This document shows, one piece after another, positions 51,279 through 60,647 of a stretch of DNA of 64,000 nucleotides. The DNA is from a virus. The stretch lies in IMG/VR virus record IMGVR_UViG_3300029118_000005; one strand, given 5' to 3'. How positions within the stretch are numbered: position 1 is the stretch's first letter; each line of letters opens with the position of its first letter. The notes under the pieces were generated by a model, which saw only the letters and a program-made list of their open reading frames with translations, had not been told where the DNA came from and did no database searches. Made by a program: the position numbers and the translations under genes.

Positions 51279-52799
51279 TTATGCGAATTTAAGCTGTCCA
51301 GTTTCTTCTTCTCTAACCTTCATATTTGGCATTCTCTGCCGCAAACACATCTCTGGAAGATTTGCTCTTACTAGTGCTGCAGGAATTGGTGGACACACCG
51401 CATTTCCACACCTTTTAACTTGCTCTGACCGAGGATATGATTTGCCAGAGTAATCGTGGTCAATGATATAATCATCGGGGAATCCCTGACATCCATATAA
51501 CTCACGCGGTTCTAACATGCGAAGTCCTATGTCTACGATTTGGTAATCTACGCCTTTGATTGTAACAAGCCCAAATCTATCATGTGTTGTTACGGTGTCT
51601 AGGGGCTGTTTAATATTCTGACCATCATTGCTGCCATAATATTTAATCAGGAAAGCTCTGACTTCCCCAAAATGGCCAGCTGACGTTGCTACAGTATGTA
51701 ATGGCTCTCGCTCATCCTGCCCGATACCGGTCTTATAGAATTTGCTCAAGAAAGATGTTACAAGTCCGTATCTGTTTGAGCTATCTACAGTCATTATTGG
51801 TTCGCTGATGCCCTGTCCGCGAATACTGTCATTTTCATATGAATGATACTGGGTTAGGATCGGAGCTACTAGGAAATTCTTGTCTTTTGCAACGATAGTA
51901 TGCAAAGGCTTTTCTACACTGTATGCTCTTGGGCTTTTTTGATTTTTAGATTCGCCATATCCGATTTCAACAATGAATGGATCAGCATTATCAACAACAA
52001 ATTTCTGAATGCCTCGCGCAATCCGTTGCATTGTTTTTGGAGCTAATGGTCTGACTGCACGAACACCATACTTCTTTTTAATCTCTTCCGATGTGTTAAA
52101 AATGCTTGGACATGGAATTGAAAAGTCTAATTGTGTGTATGCCCCTACATATGGCTTTAAAATACCCTTTTTAACCGCTTCACTATCTAATGGAGCATGT
52201 GTAGGCTCAGGCCATAATATTGGCTTATTATCGCATCTGGCAATTAAGAAGAATCTTTTACGCATTGTAGGCGCACCGTAATCAGCTGCGACTAGTTCGC
52301 GAAACTCTACAGTATATCCTAAATCTGTAAGTTGCTTGATAAAACGTTTGAACGTTTCTCCTGACCTTGATTTTATAGGGTGATGCCGTCTATTAAGCGG
52401 TCCCCATGTTTTAAATTCCTCGACATTCTCAAGCATTATCACTCTAGGTCTAACTAGTCCAGCCCACCTGCAAGCCACCCAAGCAAGGCCACGGATGAAT
52501 TTATCCTTCGGCTTTCCGCCTTTAGCCTTGCTAAAATGCTTGCAATCTGGCGAAAACCATGCAAGCCCGACTGGGTGCCCACCACAAGCCTTTACTGGAT
52601 CTACCTGCCAAACGTCCTCACAATAATGTTTTGTAGTTGGATGGTTAGTTCGATGCATTCTGATAGCTTCTGGATCATGGTTGATTGCAATATCAACACT
52701 TACCCCTGTTGCCATCTCTATTCCTGTTGAAGCTCCGCCACCACCTGCAAAGTTGTCTACCACTAATTCACCGTTTATCATAATCTCTCCTGCTAACAT
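51279..52799 (-). CDS. DNA (cytosine-5) methyltransferase (orphan, long variable region)
   Basis: Motif I is DNFAGGGGAS, motif IV is SPDCKHFSKAKGG, motif VI is MLENVEEF, and the C-terminus carries CGNAVCPP. 506 aa. Confidence 0.85.
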   Translation of the reverse strand: MLAGEIMINGELVVDNFAGGGGASTGIEMATGVSVDIAINHDPEAIRMHRTNHPTTKHYCEDVWQVDPVKACGGHPVGLAWFSPDCKHFSKAKGGKPKDKFIRGLAWVACRWAGLVRPRVIMLENVEEFKTWGPLNRRHHPIKSRSGETFKRFIKQLTDLGYTVEFRELVAADYGAPTMRKRFFLIARCDNKPILWPEPTHAPLDSEAVKKGILKPYVGAYTQLDFSIPCPSIFNTSEEIKKKYGVRAVRPLAPKTMQRIARGIQKFVVDNADPFIVEIGYGESKNQKSPRAYSVEKPLHTIVAKDKNFLVAPILTQYHSYENDSIRGQGISEPIMTVDSSNRYGLVTSFLSKFYKTGIGQDEREPLHTVATSAGHFGEVRAFLIKYYGSNDGQNIKQPLDTVTTHDRFGLVTIKGVDYQIVDIGLRMLEPRELYGCQGFPDDYIIDHDYSGKSYPRSEQVKRCGNAVCPPIPAALVRANLPEMCLRQRMPNMKVREEETGQLKFA

Positions 52800-52859
52800 G
52801 TGAGTATCTGTATTTTCTCTTTTGGTTTTTTACAACTCGTTCCTATAAAAACAATAACG

Positions 52860-53003
52860 TTATAAAAGAATCAAAACCCACAAAAGTATCAGTGAGATAA
52901 TCCACAATGCTCCAAATGATGCTCTAGTCCTTTTGGGTCCTATGTAGTGCAGAAGCTGGGCTAAAAGCATAACCACACATAAAACACTCTTAATTATCTG
53001 CAT
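52860..53003 (-). CDS. Small membrane protein (47 aa)
   Basis: GAGGAG RBS. Sequence is MQIIKSVLCVVMLLAQLLHYIGPKRTRASFGALWIISLILLWVLILL. Below the ORF-track cutoff. Confidence 0.35.
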   Translation of the reverse strand: MQIIKSVLCVVMLLAQLLHYIGPKRTRASFGALWIISLILLWVLILL

Positions 53004-53018
53004 AATATTCAACTCCTC

Positions 53019-53282
53019 TCATTCTTTACGTTTTACAAAGGATTTGCATTCTGTATTCAACAAGCATCCATAATCACGACCTATGGTATAGCTCGGTATC
53101 TCGTATCCATTCTCACAAACGCGACAATATCCGCCACATTTATACTTGCTATTTACAGCTTTTTCTGCTTTAAGCTGATCCAGTTTATCTTCAAGATTTA
53201 CCTTTGCATTTTTAAGTTCTGTGTTCTCCCTGATTAGGCTATCGTATTTGCTTCGACTCATTATTTTGAACATTCGTGCCAC
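53019..53282 (-). CDS. Hypothetical protein with Cys motifs
   Basis: 87-aa ORF. The start may be internal (MFKIM or MSRSKY). Confidence 0.35.
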   Translation of the reverse strand: MARMFKIMSRSKYDSLIRENTELKNAKVNLEDKLDQLKAEKAVNSKYKCGGYCRVCENGYEIPSYTIGRDYGCLLNTECKSFVKRKE

Positions 53283-53469
53283 CTCGCCCCATAATATTTA
53301 AAACTATGATTGCTATGTTGCACAGCAGTATAACGATAAGTGCTAAAATATTCACGATTTCAGCAGTTTTTCCGTACTTTAGCGGAGATTTGTATGCAGC
53401 TCTAACCATTATGATTTGAACTGCAAGAAATACAAATTCGATGCATAAGATAATATGCTTAATGCTCAT
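53239..53469 (-). CDS. Small two-TM membrane protein
   Basis: 76 aa; contains IILCIEFVFLAVQIIMV and ILALIVILLCNIAIIVL. Confidence 0.4.
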   Translation of the reverse strand: MSIKHIILCIEFVFLAVQIIMVRAAYKSPLKYGKTAEIVNILALIVILLCNIAIIVLNIMGRGGTNVQNNESKQIR

Positions 53470-53882
53470 TTATTGCTCCCTTCTGATACCTTATTATCAT
53501 TTTCTTGTGCATCCTCGAAGAATGATTTGATATCAAACCACTTATCATTGATTATATTTCCAATAATTTTTAATCTTCTATCTCCAGTTACTGCGGTTCG
53601 TATATATCTTCCCTCTAAATCACTCAACTTTGTAACTCCGACTGTATCCATTATTCTAGCAATGGATTCCATTCCCGGACCATAGCCACTAAATTCTTTC
53701 GCCCCCAGATAACCGTGTCCGAGACTATATCCGCCAAAAACGCATCCCCAACCTGCACCTTCAACAACGACATCAAACGATATGCAACCGTGATTTTCCA
53801 TTGTTAACTCTGCGCCTTTGATTTGTGCGTTTCGGATATCGTATCCTTCGTCAATAAGCTTTTCTTCTGTCCAGATCTTCAT
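53466..53882 (-). CDS. Hypothetical protein
   Basis: 138-aa ORF. ATGA overlap with the downstream gene. Confidence 0.45.
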   Translation of the reverse strand: MKIWTEEKLIDEGYDIRNAQIKGAELTMENHGCISFDVVVEGAGWGCVFGGYSLGHGYLGAKEFSGYGPGMESIARIMDTVGVTKLSDLEGRYIRTAVTGDRRLKIIGNIINDKWFDIKSFFEDAQENDNKVSEGSNK

Positions 53883-53955
53883 GCGTCCTCTCCTTCCTCA
53901 CTTAGATACTTATTTTAAGGAAGTTAGCTGCTGTAGCAGCCAACCCCGAAATGTT

Positions 53956-54336
53956 TTATAACTCGTTAATCATCTTATCCAATTCCTCATCAGAAAAATT
54001 CTCCAGTGCAGCTTCTTCTCGTCTAGCCTTGATAGCCAACAGTTTCTGCTTCCTCTCTTTATTGACCTTCTCATTTTCTCTGATCTTCTGTTCTTCTAGC
54101 TTCACAGAAACAATGTATCGAACGATTGCAATCTTATCAGAAAGTTCTTCATCTTCTTTTGTCTTTAGCTTCAACAGACTTTCTTCTGACACCTTCTTTA
54201 CTTCTGCGTTCAAGGTCTTGAAGACTGAATCTAAATCAGTCAGGCGAAGATCCCATAAATCCTCAATAGTTATCTGTCCACGATACGGGAAACGGTACTT
54301 ACATCTTGTTGCTAACTCAAATAAATTCTTTTCCAT
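53956..54336 (-). CDS. Hypothetical helical protein
   Basis: 126-aa ORF, directly downstream of the 682-aa gene. Confidence 0.45.
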   Translation of the reverse strand: MEKNLFELATRCKYRFPYRGQITIEDLWDLRLTDLDSVFKTLNAEVKKVSEESLLKLKTKEDEELSDKIAIVRYIVSVKLEEQKIRENEKVNKERKQKLLAIKARREEAALENFSDEELDKMINEL

Positions 54337-54348
54337 AATAATTTCTCC

Positions 54349-56397
54349 TTAAAATTTAACTTTCATAATACGTTCTGTCGCGCCCTTGACTTTAACAACC
54401 AATTCTGCTCTTTTAGTCATGCTAAAGCCAATTCCAGACAGCTGGTCATACGCATCCTCTACATGGCACTTCGCACCTAAAGCTTCAAACACTCTTTTAT
54501 GTGGTTCAAGCTCATGCTTTAAGAACTCGTTATAGTATCCGTTTGGTTCTTCTGTGTTCTTGCATCCCTTTAAGAAGAAGAACAAATGCCTGTGACCAAT
54601 TCCGTTCTGATTATCAAAATAATTTGGACTATAGCTAATCACTGATACAGGCACAAACTGATTGGTACTTACTCCCCAGATTTCTTTGCTAATGGTCTCA
54701 GATGTCGTAGGAAGAATCGGTTTAATTGTGAACTTTCTATTTTTATCCATTGTTACCTCAGCAATTTTGATTTTGCCCACAACTGGATGTGGATAGCTAA
54801 AGCTATAAGTCTCCTCGCCAAAAGCAATCTCAGCGGAAAATCCTTTTGACCCTCTTGCATCAAACTGATTAACATAGAATTTGTATGTTCCAGGAATCAT
54901 TCGATTGTAATTGCTCCAAACAATATTCTCAACAGATGGAACTCCTGGTCTTTGACTCATTGGCTCTCTAATGTCAATATCCAAATTTCCGCCAGTTCGA
55001 CCATGTTTATCCGCAAAATAGATTTCGTTGCCGTTTGGTTCTTTGCAATGAGCATCCAAATCACTATTGTCGTCTTGACCATCATTCCACTGGATAGAGA
55101 ATCGAAGCACTCCATCAACCTTTCCTCCGGCATCCTTTACATTCTTGCGGATATCAGAATCAGTGATATTTCCACTATAAGCCCAACTTAAAGGATTGTT
55201 CCATTTAAACATTGACCTTGCATCCTTATTTACTGGGGCAATCAACGAGACAAAATTAGAAGCATGTTTATTTTCAACAAAAGCTTCTAATTCTCTAGCT
55301 GTAGGAAGCACCTTGTCAATGAAATCCTGTGCTGAAATTTCTTCAACTTTAGAGAACTTTTTTGGATTTACCACTACCTCCTTCTCCATCTGACCAAAGA
55401 TGTCATCTGCTCCGACGATTCTTTTTGCAGCATCTTTGTTTGAAAACAGGATATTATTGACTGTAATATCATCAAGATTGGCAAAGCGACGTTGAAGAGC
55501 ATCCATATATCCCAATTCCGCGATTGTCTTCTTTGCATCTTCTAACATCTTTTTCGTAAAAATTGCTTTGACTCTCTTGTAGTTTGCCGGAGCTACAATT
55601 ACTTCATACTTTCGAACAGCTTGATCGAGATCCATCCCCTTACTAATATTGACAAGCAAGGTTCCAATGGAATGATTTCTAATTCTGCCAATTACCGGAC
55701 CCACTTCTGCTGACTTTTCCCATGCAAAAAGATCTTTCTGGGAATCAGGCAGTTTTTCATATATCCTCTTATATTTCTTGAACTCAATTAACTGAATCTT
55801 CCACTCTTCACCCTTATACAGCGTGTTCGAATTGATTAACTCAAGTACTGTGTCAACAGCCTCCATACTAATTTCATCAAGCGAATGTTTGAATACGTTC
55901 TTGGTGTCTCTATATTCGGCACAAATACTCTCGTTAGATTTGCCACTCCTGTTTACCCATTTGCCTGGCAAATCTAAAAACATATGTGTCCACTCATGAG
56001 ATCTTCCATTGATTTCTTCAAAATCATGGTCAGTTCCAACTCTTTTGAATTTACTAACAAAAATGTCAGAAATTGCATTCCCCTTTATAAAAGCGTCTAA
56101 AGCATCACACACTTTCTGGAACTCTTCGCTGCCGGCATCAAATCCCCAAATTGTATGAATTGTACCATCCTTAATAGTTACAGCAGCTCCAATGCTCTTG
56201 ACAAAATGTCTGCAGCAACTGCAATCATACTCTCGGCGCTTTCTGAACAAAATGTTTGTACCAGGTCCAAAACTGTCCAAATATAAATTCCACATTTCAT
56301 CCTTGTCCACATTTACGATGTATAGTTGCTTGCAGCCTTTCATTTCATCTTCAAAATGTTTCTGCATTCTTGACCTAAAAATATCAAAATTATCCAT
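54349..56397 (-). CDS. Large conserved phage/plasmid protein of unknown function
   Basis: 682 aa. The N-terminus carries ...LYLDSFGPGTNILFRKRREYDCSCCRHFVKSIG. The C-terminal beta-rich segment carries LRFSIQWNDG..DLDAHC..P.G..IYF....GGNLDIDI...VENIVW. Confidence 0.5.
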   Translation of the reverse strand: MDNFDIFRSRMQKHFEDEMKGCKQLYIVNVDKDEMWNLYLDSFGPGTNILFRKRREYDCSCCRHFVKSIGAAVTIKDGTIHTIWGFDAGSEEFQKVCDALDAFIKGNAISDIFVSKFKRVGTDHDFEEINGRSHEWTHMFLDLPGKWVNRSGKSNESICAEYRDTKNVFKHSLDEISMEAVDTVLELINSNTLYKGEEWKIQLIEFKKYKRIYEKLPDSQKDLFAWEKSAEVGPVIGRIRNHSIGTLLVNISKGMDLDQAVRKYEVIVAPANYKRVKAIFTKKMLEDAKKTIAELGYMDALQRRFANLDDITVNNILFSNKDAAKRIVGADDIFGQMEKEVVVNPKKFSKVEEISAQDFIDKVLPTARELEAFVENKHASNFVSLIAPVNKDARSMFKWNNPLSWAYSGNITDSDIRKNVKDAGGKVDGVLRFSIQWNDGQDDNSDLDAHCKEPNGNEIYFADKHGRTGGNLDIDIREPMSQRPGVPSVENIVWSNYNRMIPGTYKFYVNQFDARGSKGFSAEIAFGEETYSFSYPHPVVGKIKIAEVTMDKNRKFTIKPILPTTSETISKEIWGVSTNQFVPVSVISYSPNYFDNQNGIGHRHLFFFLKGCKNTEEPNGYYNEFLKHELEPHKRVFEALGAKCHVEDAYDQLSGIGFSMTKRAELVVKVKGATERIMKVKF

Positions 56398-57013
56398 TGA
56401 TCATATCTCCTTCCTCATAGTTCTCAACACTGATAAGCTCCATAAACTTATCTCTCTGGCGCTCTGAAACCTTGTTACCCTGCTTTTCGGGCTTAACAGC
56501 AATTGTAAGGTGTTTCTCAGCAATAGATGATAATTCCTTAGCTAGCGATTTCTTGCCTTGCTGTATGCCCTCAAAGTAGCTTCTAGGTTGCTTTCTGTCT
56601 CCTATAGTTCCACTTGAACGGTTTTCACCTTGTCCACCCAGACTAACATTCCGAAGTTGATAGCCATTTTCTGCATAAAATCTGATGTAATACTTTTCCT
56701 GCTCGTCAAGCTGATCAATAGGAACATTCATGTATTCAACCTTCCACCCGTAAGGATTGTCCGCTGAATACAGTTTGTGCTTTCTAAGGCTCAGGTCTAT
56801 GTGCTGTTTGTAGCCAACCATATGACTTGCCAACCTGCTAAGTATGTGCATGGCTTGCCCGACATACGCAAACTGGAAACCGTTCTCATCCTTTCTGGTC
56901 AAAATGTAGATCCCACTTGCGTCGTTCAGCTGGGGATTGATTTTCAGCAGTCGCTTCTTGTTCTCCTGCTCTATGGCTTTTGCCTTTGCAATGTTCTTGC
57001 ATTTATTCATCAA
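56390..57013 (-). CDS. GIY-YIG nuclease-domain protein (free-standing homing-endonuclease-like)
   Basis: GIYILTRKDENGFQFAYVGQA....RLASH plus YYIRFYAENGYQLRN. Confidence 0.65.
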   Translation of the reverse strand: MMNKCKNIAKAKAIEQENKKRLLKINPQLNDASGIYILTRKDENGFQFAYVGQAMHILSRLASHMVGYKQHIDLSLRKHKLYSADNPYGWKVEYMNVPIDQLDEQEKYYIRFYAENGYQLRNVSLGGQGENRSSGTIGDRKQPRSYFEGIQQGKKSLAKELSSIAEKHLTIAVKPEKQGNKVSERQRDKFMELISVENYEEGDMING

Positions 57014-57362
57014 TAACCTCTATTTTCTTGATATGATTATTTTCCACACTCTCTCCTCCTTTCACACTTTTTACATAGCCAAACCGACCATGTGAATAAA
57101 AATAGCTTATGCTGGCTTCCTGATCTGCTTTCCCATTATCAATATGGCTTTGGCAGCATTGCTCTGCTCGCTTTCTGGCGCCCTCTTCTCCAAATGCCTG
57201 TACATCCCAACCTTCTCCACAAATATTGCAATGTATGTATTTTTTTACTTTTACTTGATGTCCTTCACGGAAATGTTTTTCTATTTCTGCTTTATTTGTG
57301 GAGTTCAGCATACAAATCGGGCAATAATAGTAGGTCATGCTTTTAGTTCGTTCAAACTTCAT
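57003..57362 (-). CDS. Zinc-finger protein
   Basis: Likely start is ATG 57362 (MKFERTKS). Contains the motifs YYCPICM....HFREGH and HCNICGEGW. Confidence 0.4.
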   Translation of the reverse strand: MKFERTKSMTYYYCPICMLNSTNKAEIEKHFREGHQVKVKKYIHCNICGEGWDVQAFGEEGARKRAEQCCQSHIDNGKADQEASISYFYSHGRFGYVKSVKGGESVENNHIKKIEVIDE

Positions 57363-57370
57363 TTTTGCCT

Positions 57371-57634
57371 TCACTTTTTCAACTCCCTTCCAAGTTCTTC
57401 TAAGCAAAAGCAGAATGCTTCGCAACTCAACTTTCCTAAAGCAGAAACTGATTTTTGCAGTCCATCTTTAATTCTTTCAAGGCAACTCCCCAAATCTGTA
57501 AATGTAGTTGTTTCTGAATCCATAATTTTTTTCGATGGTTCTTCAAGCGATACCAGTTGCATAGCTTGTTGATATTGCTTTGGATTCATACCATAAAGTT
57601 TCTTAAACTGCTTCTTTCTCTGTCTTTTATTCAT
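57371..57634 (-). CDS. Small basic-N-terminus protein (MNKRQRKK family, copy 2)
   Basis: Likely start is ATG 57634. MNKRQRKKQFKKLYGMNPKQY parallels the upstream gene. Confidence 0.4.
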   Translation of the reverse strand: MNKRQRKKQFKKLYGMNPKQYQQAMQLVSLEEPSKKIMDSETTTFTDLGSCLERIKDGLQKSVSALGKLSCEAFCFCLEELGRELKK

Positions 57635-57824
57635 TTGACTGTCCCCACCACTCTCTACAAATTTCCCAAGTTTTGCCATCTTTTTTGCATAACAGTCTGA
57701 TCATTTTACTTGAATTAACGAAAGCTATAACTGTTTTCGGAACATTTTCGCTTTTCATGAAATAATCCCTTGGATTCATGCCGTGAATCTTCTTGAACCG
57801 TTTCTTTCTCTGCCGTTTATTCAT
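57627..57824 (-). CDS. Small basic-N-terminus protein (MNKRQRKK family, copy 1)
   Basis: MNKRQRKKRFKKIHGMNPRDYF... Confidence 0.4.
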   Translation of the reverse strand: MNKRQRKKRFKKIHGMNPRDYFMKSENVPKTVIAFVNSSKMIRLLCKKDGKTWEICREWWGQSNE

Positions 57825-57827
57825 CGT

Positions 57828-58043
57828 TTACACCTCCTTCCAGTATTGCTCAAAATCTTCTACTGTGACCAGGAACAAAATGTGCCGTTTTTCACTAAAA
57901 ATGGTAACTTCGCCTCCTTCCTTGCGTTTAAACTGCCACTTTTGTTGTGATAAGCAGCTTATCCAACATTGATCGCCAAATATATATTGGCGCCATACTT
58001 TAGGTCTGCACCATCCTTCTTTATCCATTGGATTTTTCCTCAA
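57828..58043 (-). CDS. Hypothetical protein
   Basis: 71-aa ORF. Confidence 0.35.
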   Translation of the reverse strand: MRKNPMDKEGWCRPKVWRQYIFGDQCWISCLSQQKWQFKRKEGGEVTIFSEKRHILFLVTVEDFEQYWKEV

Positions 58044-58239
58044 AGGCTTCTTTCATGGCTGCTGTAAGCTCGTTTGCATCGTGGAGTGCCACTTCTGCTT
58101 CGTTGAATTTTCCTTTTTCCAACCTGCTGCTAGCCACCCTGATAAGGAAGTCACGAAGAATTACAGCTGCGTCATTACTATAAATATTTACTGAGACGCA
58201 TTTCTTATCCTTTAATGTGTAGCTTGATACCATTGACAT
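58021..58239 (-). CDS. Hypothetical protein
   Basis: 72-aa ORF. Confidence 0.35.
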   Translation of the reverse strand: MSMVSSYTLKDKKCVSVNIYSNDAAVILRDFLIRVASSRLEKGKFNEAEVALHDANELTAAMKEAFEEKSNG

Positions 58240-58284
58240 TTTTATACCTCCGTTAATCTGCCAAATTTTTTTAATAAATCATTC

Positions 58285-58629
58285 TTATTCATCCTTAACA
58301 TCCTTCGGTTCAAATTTTGGAAACGGCATCCAGTAAGCAACATGCATTCTGTCTTTAAGTAGCATTGGTACTGTCGTCCACTCACCGTTAATGGTTTTAC
58401 CTGTTCCAACTACAAAATTATCTTCATCGTGATTATTGGCTAATACTACTAAAACGGTATTTGAATTTTTTTCCCAAAACGAATTGCACCACTTGTCGGT
58501 TCCTTTGAACTTTGCAAATATACTGTCGCGTTCTTCTGGCATTGCTTCTTCGACTGAAATCCAATCATTTTTCTCGATTTCATCAGCAAGTGCCGATAAA
58601 GTCTGTTCACAGCTAGAAGCTATCTTCAA
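58285..58629 (-). CDS. DUF551-like protein
   Basis: WISVEEAMPEE ... VAYWMPFPKFE fits the DUF551 pattern. Confidence 0.45.
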   Translation of the reverse strand: MKIASSCEQTLSALADEIEKNDWISVEEAMPEERDSIFAKFKGTDKWCNSFWEKNSNTVLVVLANNHDEDNFVVGTGKTINGEWTTVPMLLKDRMHVAYWMPFPKFEPKDVKDE

Positions 58630-58718
58630 GGCAAGCTTTTCGTACTCACTTTTAGGTGCAAATATATCGCACTCATCTATGTACTTTTGGCAAAGTGCAA
58701 CTTCTTCTTTGATTTCTT

Positions 58719-59036
58719 TTAAATATTTTTTAATTGCTGTTCCTCCTCTGAACTTGATTCTGTCCCCTGGTGAATGCTACTCTCAATTTCTTCATCGGTT
58801 GGCACAATGGCATATAGAGCCTTTTCTAAAATGTTCTCTACAAGTCTCTTGAATGCAGCCTTGGCATTTTCTGCGTTCTTATATTTGCCAATTGGGTAAT
58901 CAGTCGACTCGTTTGAACCTTTAACGTGTTTTAATAATATTTCTGTTCTTGAAAGTCCGTTAATGTAAATGTCAACTACATTGTCCCAGTTGTAAAAAGC
59001 ATTTCTATCTTGTCTTACAATGATCACCTCAAACAT
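58719..59036 (-). CDS. Hypothetical protein
   Basis: 105-aa ORF. Confidence 0.4.
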   Translation of the reverse strand: MFEVIIVRQDRNAFYNWDNVVDIYINGLSRTEILLKHVKGSNESTDYPIGKYKNAENAKAAFKRLVENILEKALYAIVPTDEEIESSIHQGTESSSEEEQQLKNI

Positions 59037-59047
59037 CTCCCTTCTTT

Positions 59048-59467
59048 TTAATTAAACGGTAGTCCTTCATCTTCCACATTATCTGGAATGTTCATAAAAC
59101 CTTCATATCCACCTGCAGGTGCCGGTTCTGGAGCTGGCTGCGTATTCTTTTTGCTCTCTGCGAACTCCTGCTCCTCGACAACCACATCAGTGGTATAGAC
59201 CTTTTGACCGTCTCTGTTTGTGTAACTTCCGGTCTGGATACGACCTGTGACAACGATCTTGGTTCCCTGATGCAAATACTTCTCGGCAAACTCGCCACTC
59301 TTTCCGAACGCTATACAGTTGATAAAATCTGCTGACTGTTCGCCCTGCTTGCTACCTCTGCGATCTACTGCCAATGTATATCTGGCGATTGCAAGGGGCT
59401 GTGCACCCTGTGAGTAACGCACTTCTGGGTCACGGGTAAGTCTACCCATTAAAATTACTTTGTTCAT
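59048..59467 (-). CDS. ssb: Single-stranded DNA-binding protein
   Basis: The OB-fold N-terminus is MNKVILMGRLTRDPEVRY. The acidic C-terminal tip is EDEGLPFN. Confidence 0.9.
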   Translation of the reverse strand: MNKVILMGRLTRDPEVRYSQGAQPLAIARYTLAVDRRGSKQGEQSADFINCIAFGKSGEFAEKYLHQGTKIVVTGRIQTGSYTNRDGQKVYTTDVVVEEQEFAESKKNTQPAPEPAPAGGYEGFMNIPDNVEDEGLPFN

Positions 59468-59479
59468 ACTGAACCTCCT

Positions 59480-59830
59480 TTAAAGCTTGATTCTTTTCTT
59501 TCTTCTGCCTAGTTCCCTCTGCCTTGTAAGAGTGTACATAAGCTCTTCCTCTGCTCTTATTTCCTGCTTAATCTTCAATTTAAACATTGTTCGCATAGCT
59601 TTGAGAAAATCTTTTCTTTCTTTTTCTGCCATGCTAGGATCAAAAGCAAGCGTAGGTACAATTAACTTTTCATTCAGTAAAACTTGCCGATTTTTCTTCA
59701 CTTTGAAGCCCTTCTTTCTTTTAATACTGAAACACCCCTGCGTCCATTCTTTCGTTATATCTTTTCTCTGCATAGTATCTGAATGTGTAATATTCAAGAC
59801 CACATTTCTTTGCAGCTTCGCTGCATCCAA
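59480..59830 (-). CDS. Small basic protein, start uncertain
   Basis: The listed ORF overlaps the upstream gene by 110 nt. ATG at 59773 or 59632 is more plausible. Confidence 0.3.
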   Translation of the reverse strand: MDAAKLQRNVVLNITHSDTMQRKDITKEWTQGCFSIKRKKGFKVKKNRQVLLNEKLIVPTLAFDPSMAEKERKDFLKAMRTMFKLKIKQEIRAEEELMYTLTRQRELGRRKKRIKL

Positions 59831-60647
59831 TGTCTCCTTGTTCCCATTCCAGATATACGTCTGTGAAGTTTAGTGGAAGAATCACTCCTCTCTGGATTCC
59901 CTTCCTCTGCTCTCCAATCTCTTTCAAACGGATATTTGCATACTTGCGGAATGTTGTATGCGATATCCCACATTGTCTAGCTGCCTTTTCGTCTGAGAGC
60001 AATCCGAGCTTCCATTGTTCAAAGCAATCATCAAACATTGGCGGCAAAGGCTTTGGTGGTACTTTGTTACCTGTCTTGACGGTATGCCTATCACCTCTCT
60101 TCGCAAGTTCTTCCCTTGCATACTTCTCAAAGGTAGTAATGCAAACACCTATCTTCTTTGCACCTTCTGGTCCAGTTATCTTTCCGTCCCTCCAGGCAAT
60201 GTAAAGCTCCTCTGGAAGTGTAGTTTTTTTCGCGACAAAGTTTGATCTATGACCTGTTTGCTTTTTAAACGGCTTTGCTTTAGCTGCATCCTGCCAGTGT
60301 AGCCAATTTTTATACATTGGACGCTGGCTAAACTTTGAACAGTGATATCCTAACTGGATATTATGTGCACGGTTATCAGCTTCTTCCGCAGCTTCTTCTT
60401 TGCTCAGAAATACCGCCCTTCCAAGTGCTAATCTCTCCCAATGATGTATGTTATTCGTATTGCTTCCGATGTCACGTTTTTCGGTTATCGTATCAAAATG
60501 TGTGTCTGTCACGGCTATAACAACCGATTCAACAACTTCAAGTCCGTAGTTGTCGAACCCTTCGAATCCCTTTTGCTTTAACTCATAGTTGCTTAATCGG
60601 TATTCCTCTACGTGATAGACAGGAGTTCCGATCTTAATCTCACCCAT
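59721..60647 (-). CDS. Protein with three HTH-like repeats
   Basis: Three repeated W..G.I...EAAKK.G....TF.KYA units: GAKKIGVCITTFEKYA, AARQCGISHTTFRKYA and EAAKKCGLEYYTFRYYA. Confidence 0.5.
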   Translation of the reverse strand: MGEIKIGTPVYHVEEYRLSNYELKQKGFEGFDNYGLEVVESVVIAVTDTHFDTITEKRDIGSNTNNIHHWERLALGRAVFLSKEEAAEEADNRAHNIQLGYHCSKFSQRPMYKNWLHWQDAAKAKPFKKQTGHRSNFVAKKTTLPEELYIAWRDGKITGPEGAKKIGVCITTFEKYAREELAKRGDRHTVKTGNKVPPKPLPPMFDDCFEQWKLGLLSDEKAARQCGISHTTFRKYANIRLKEIGEQRKGIQRGVILPLNFTDVYLEWEQGDIGCSEAAKKCGLEYYTFRYYAEKRYNERMDAGVFQY

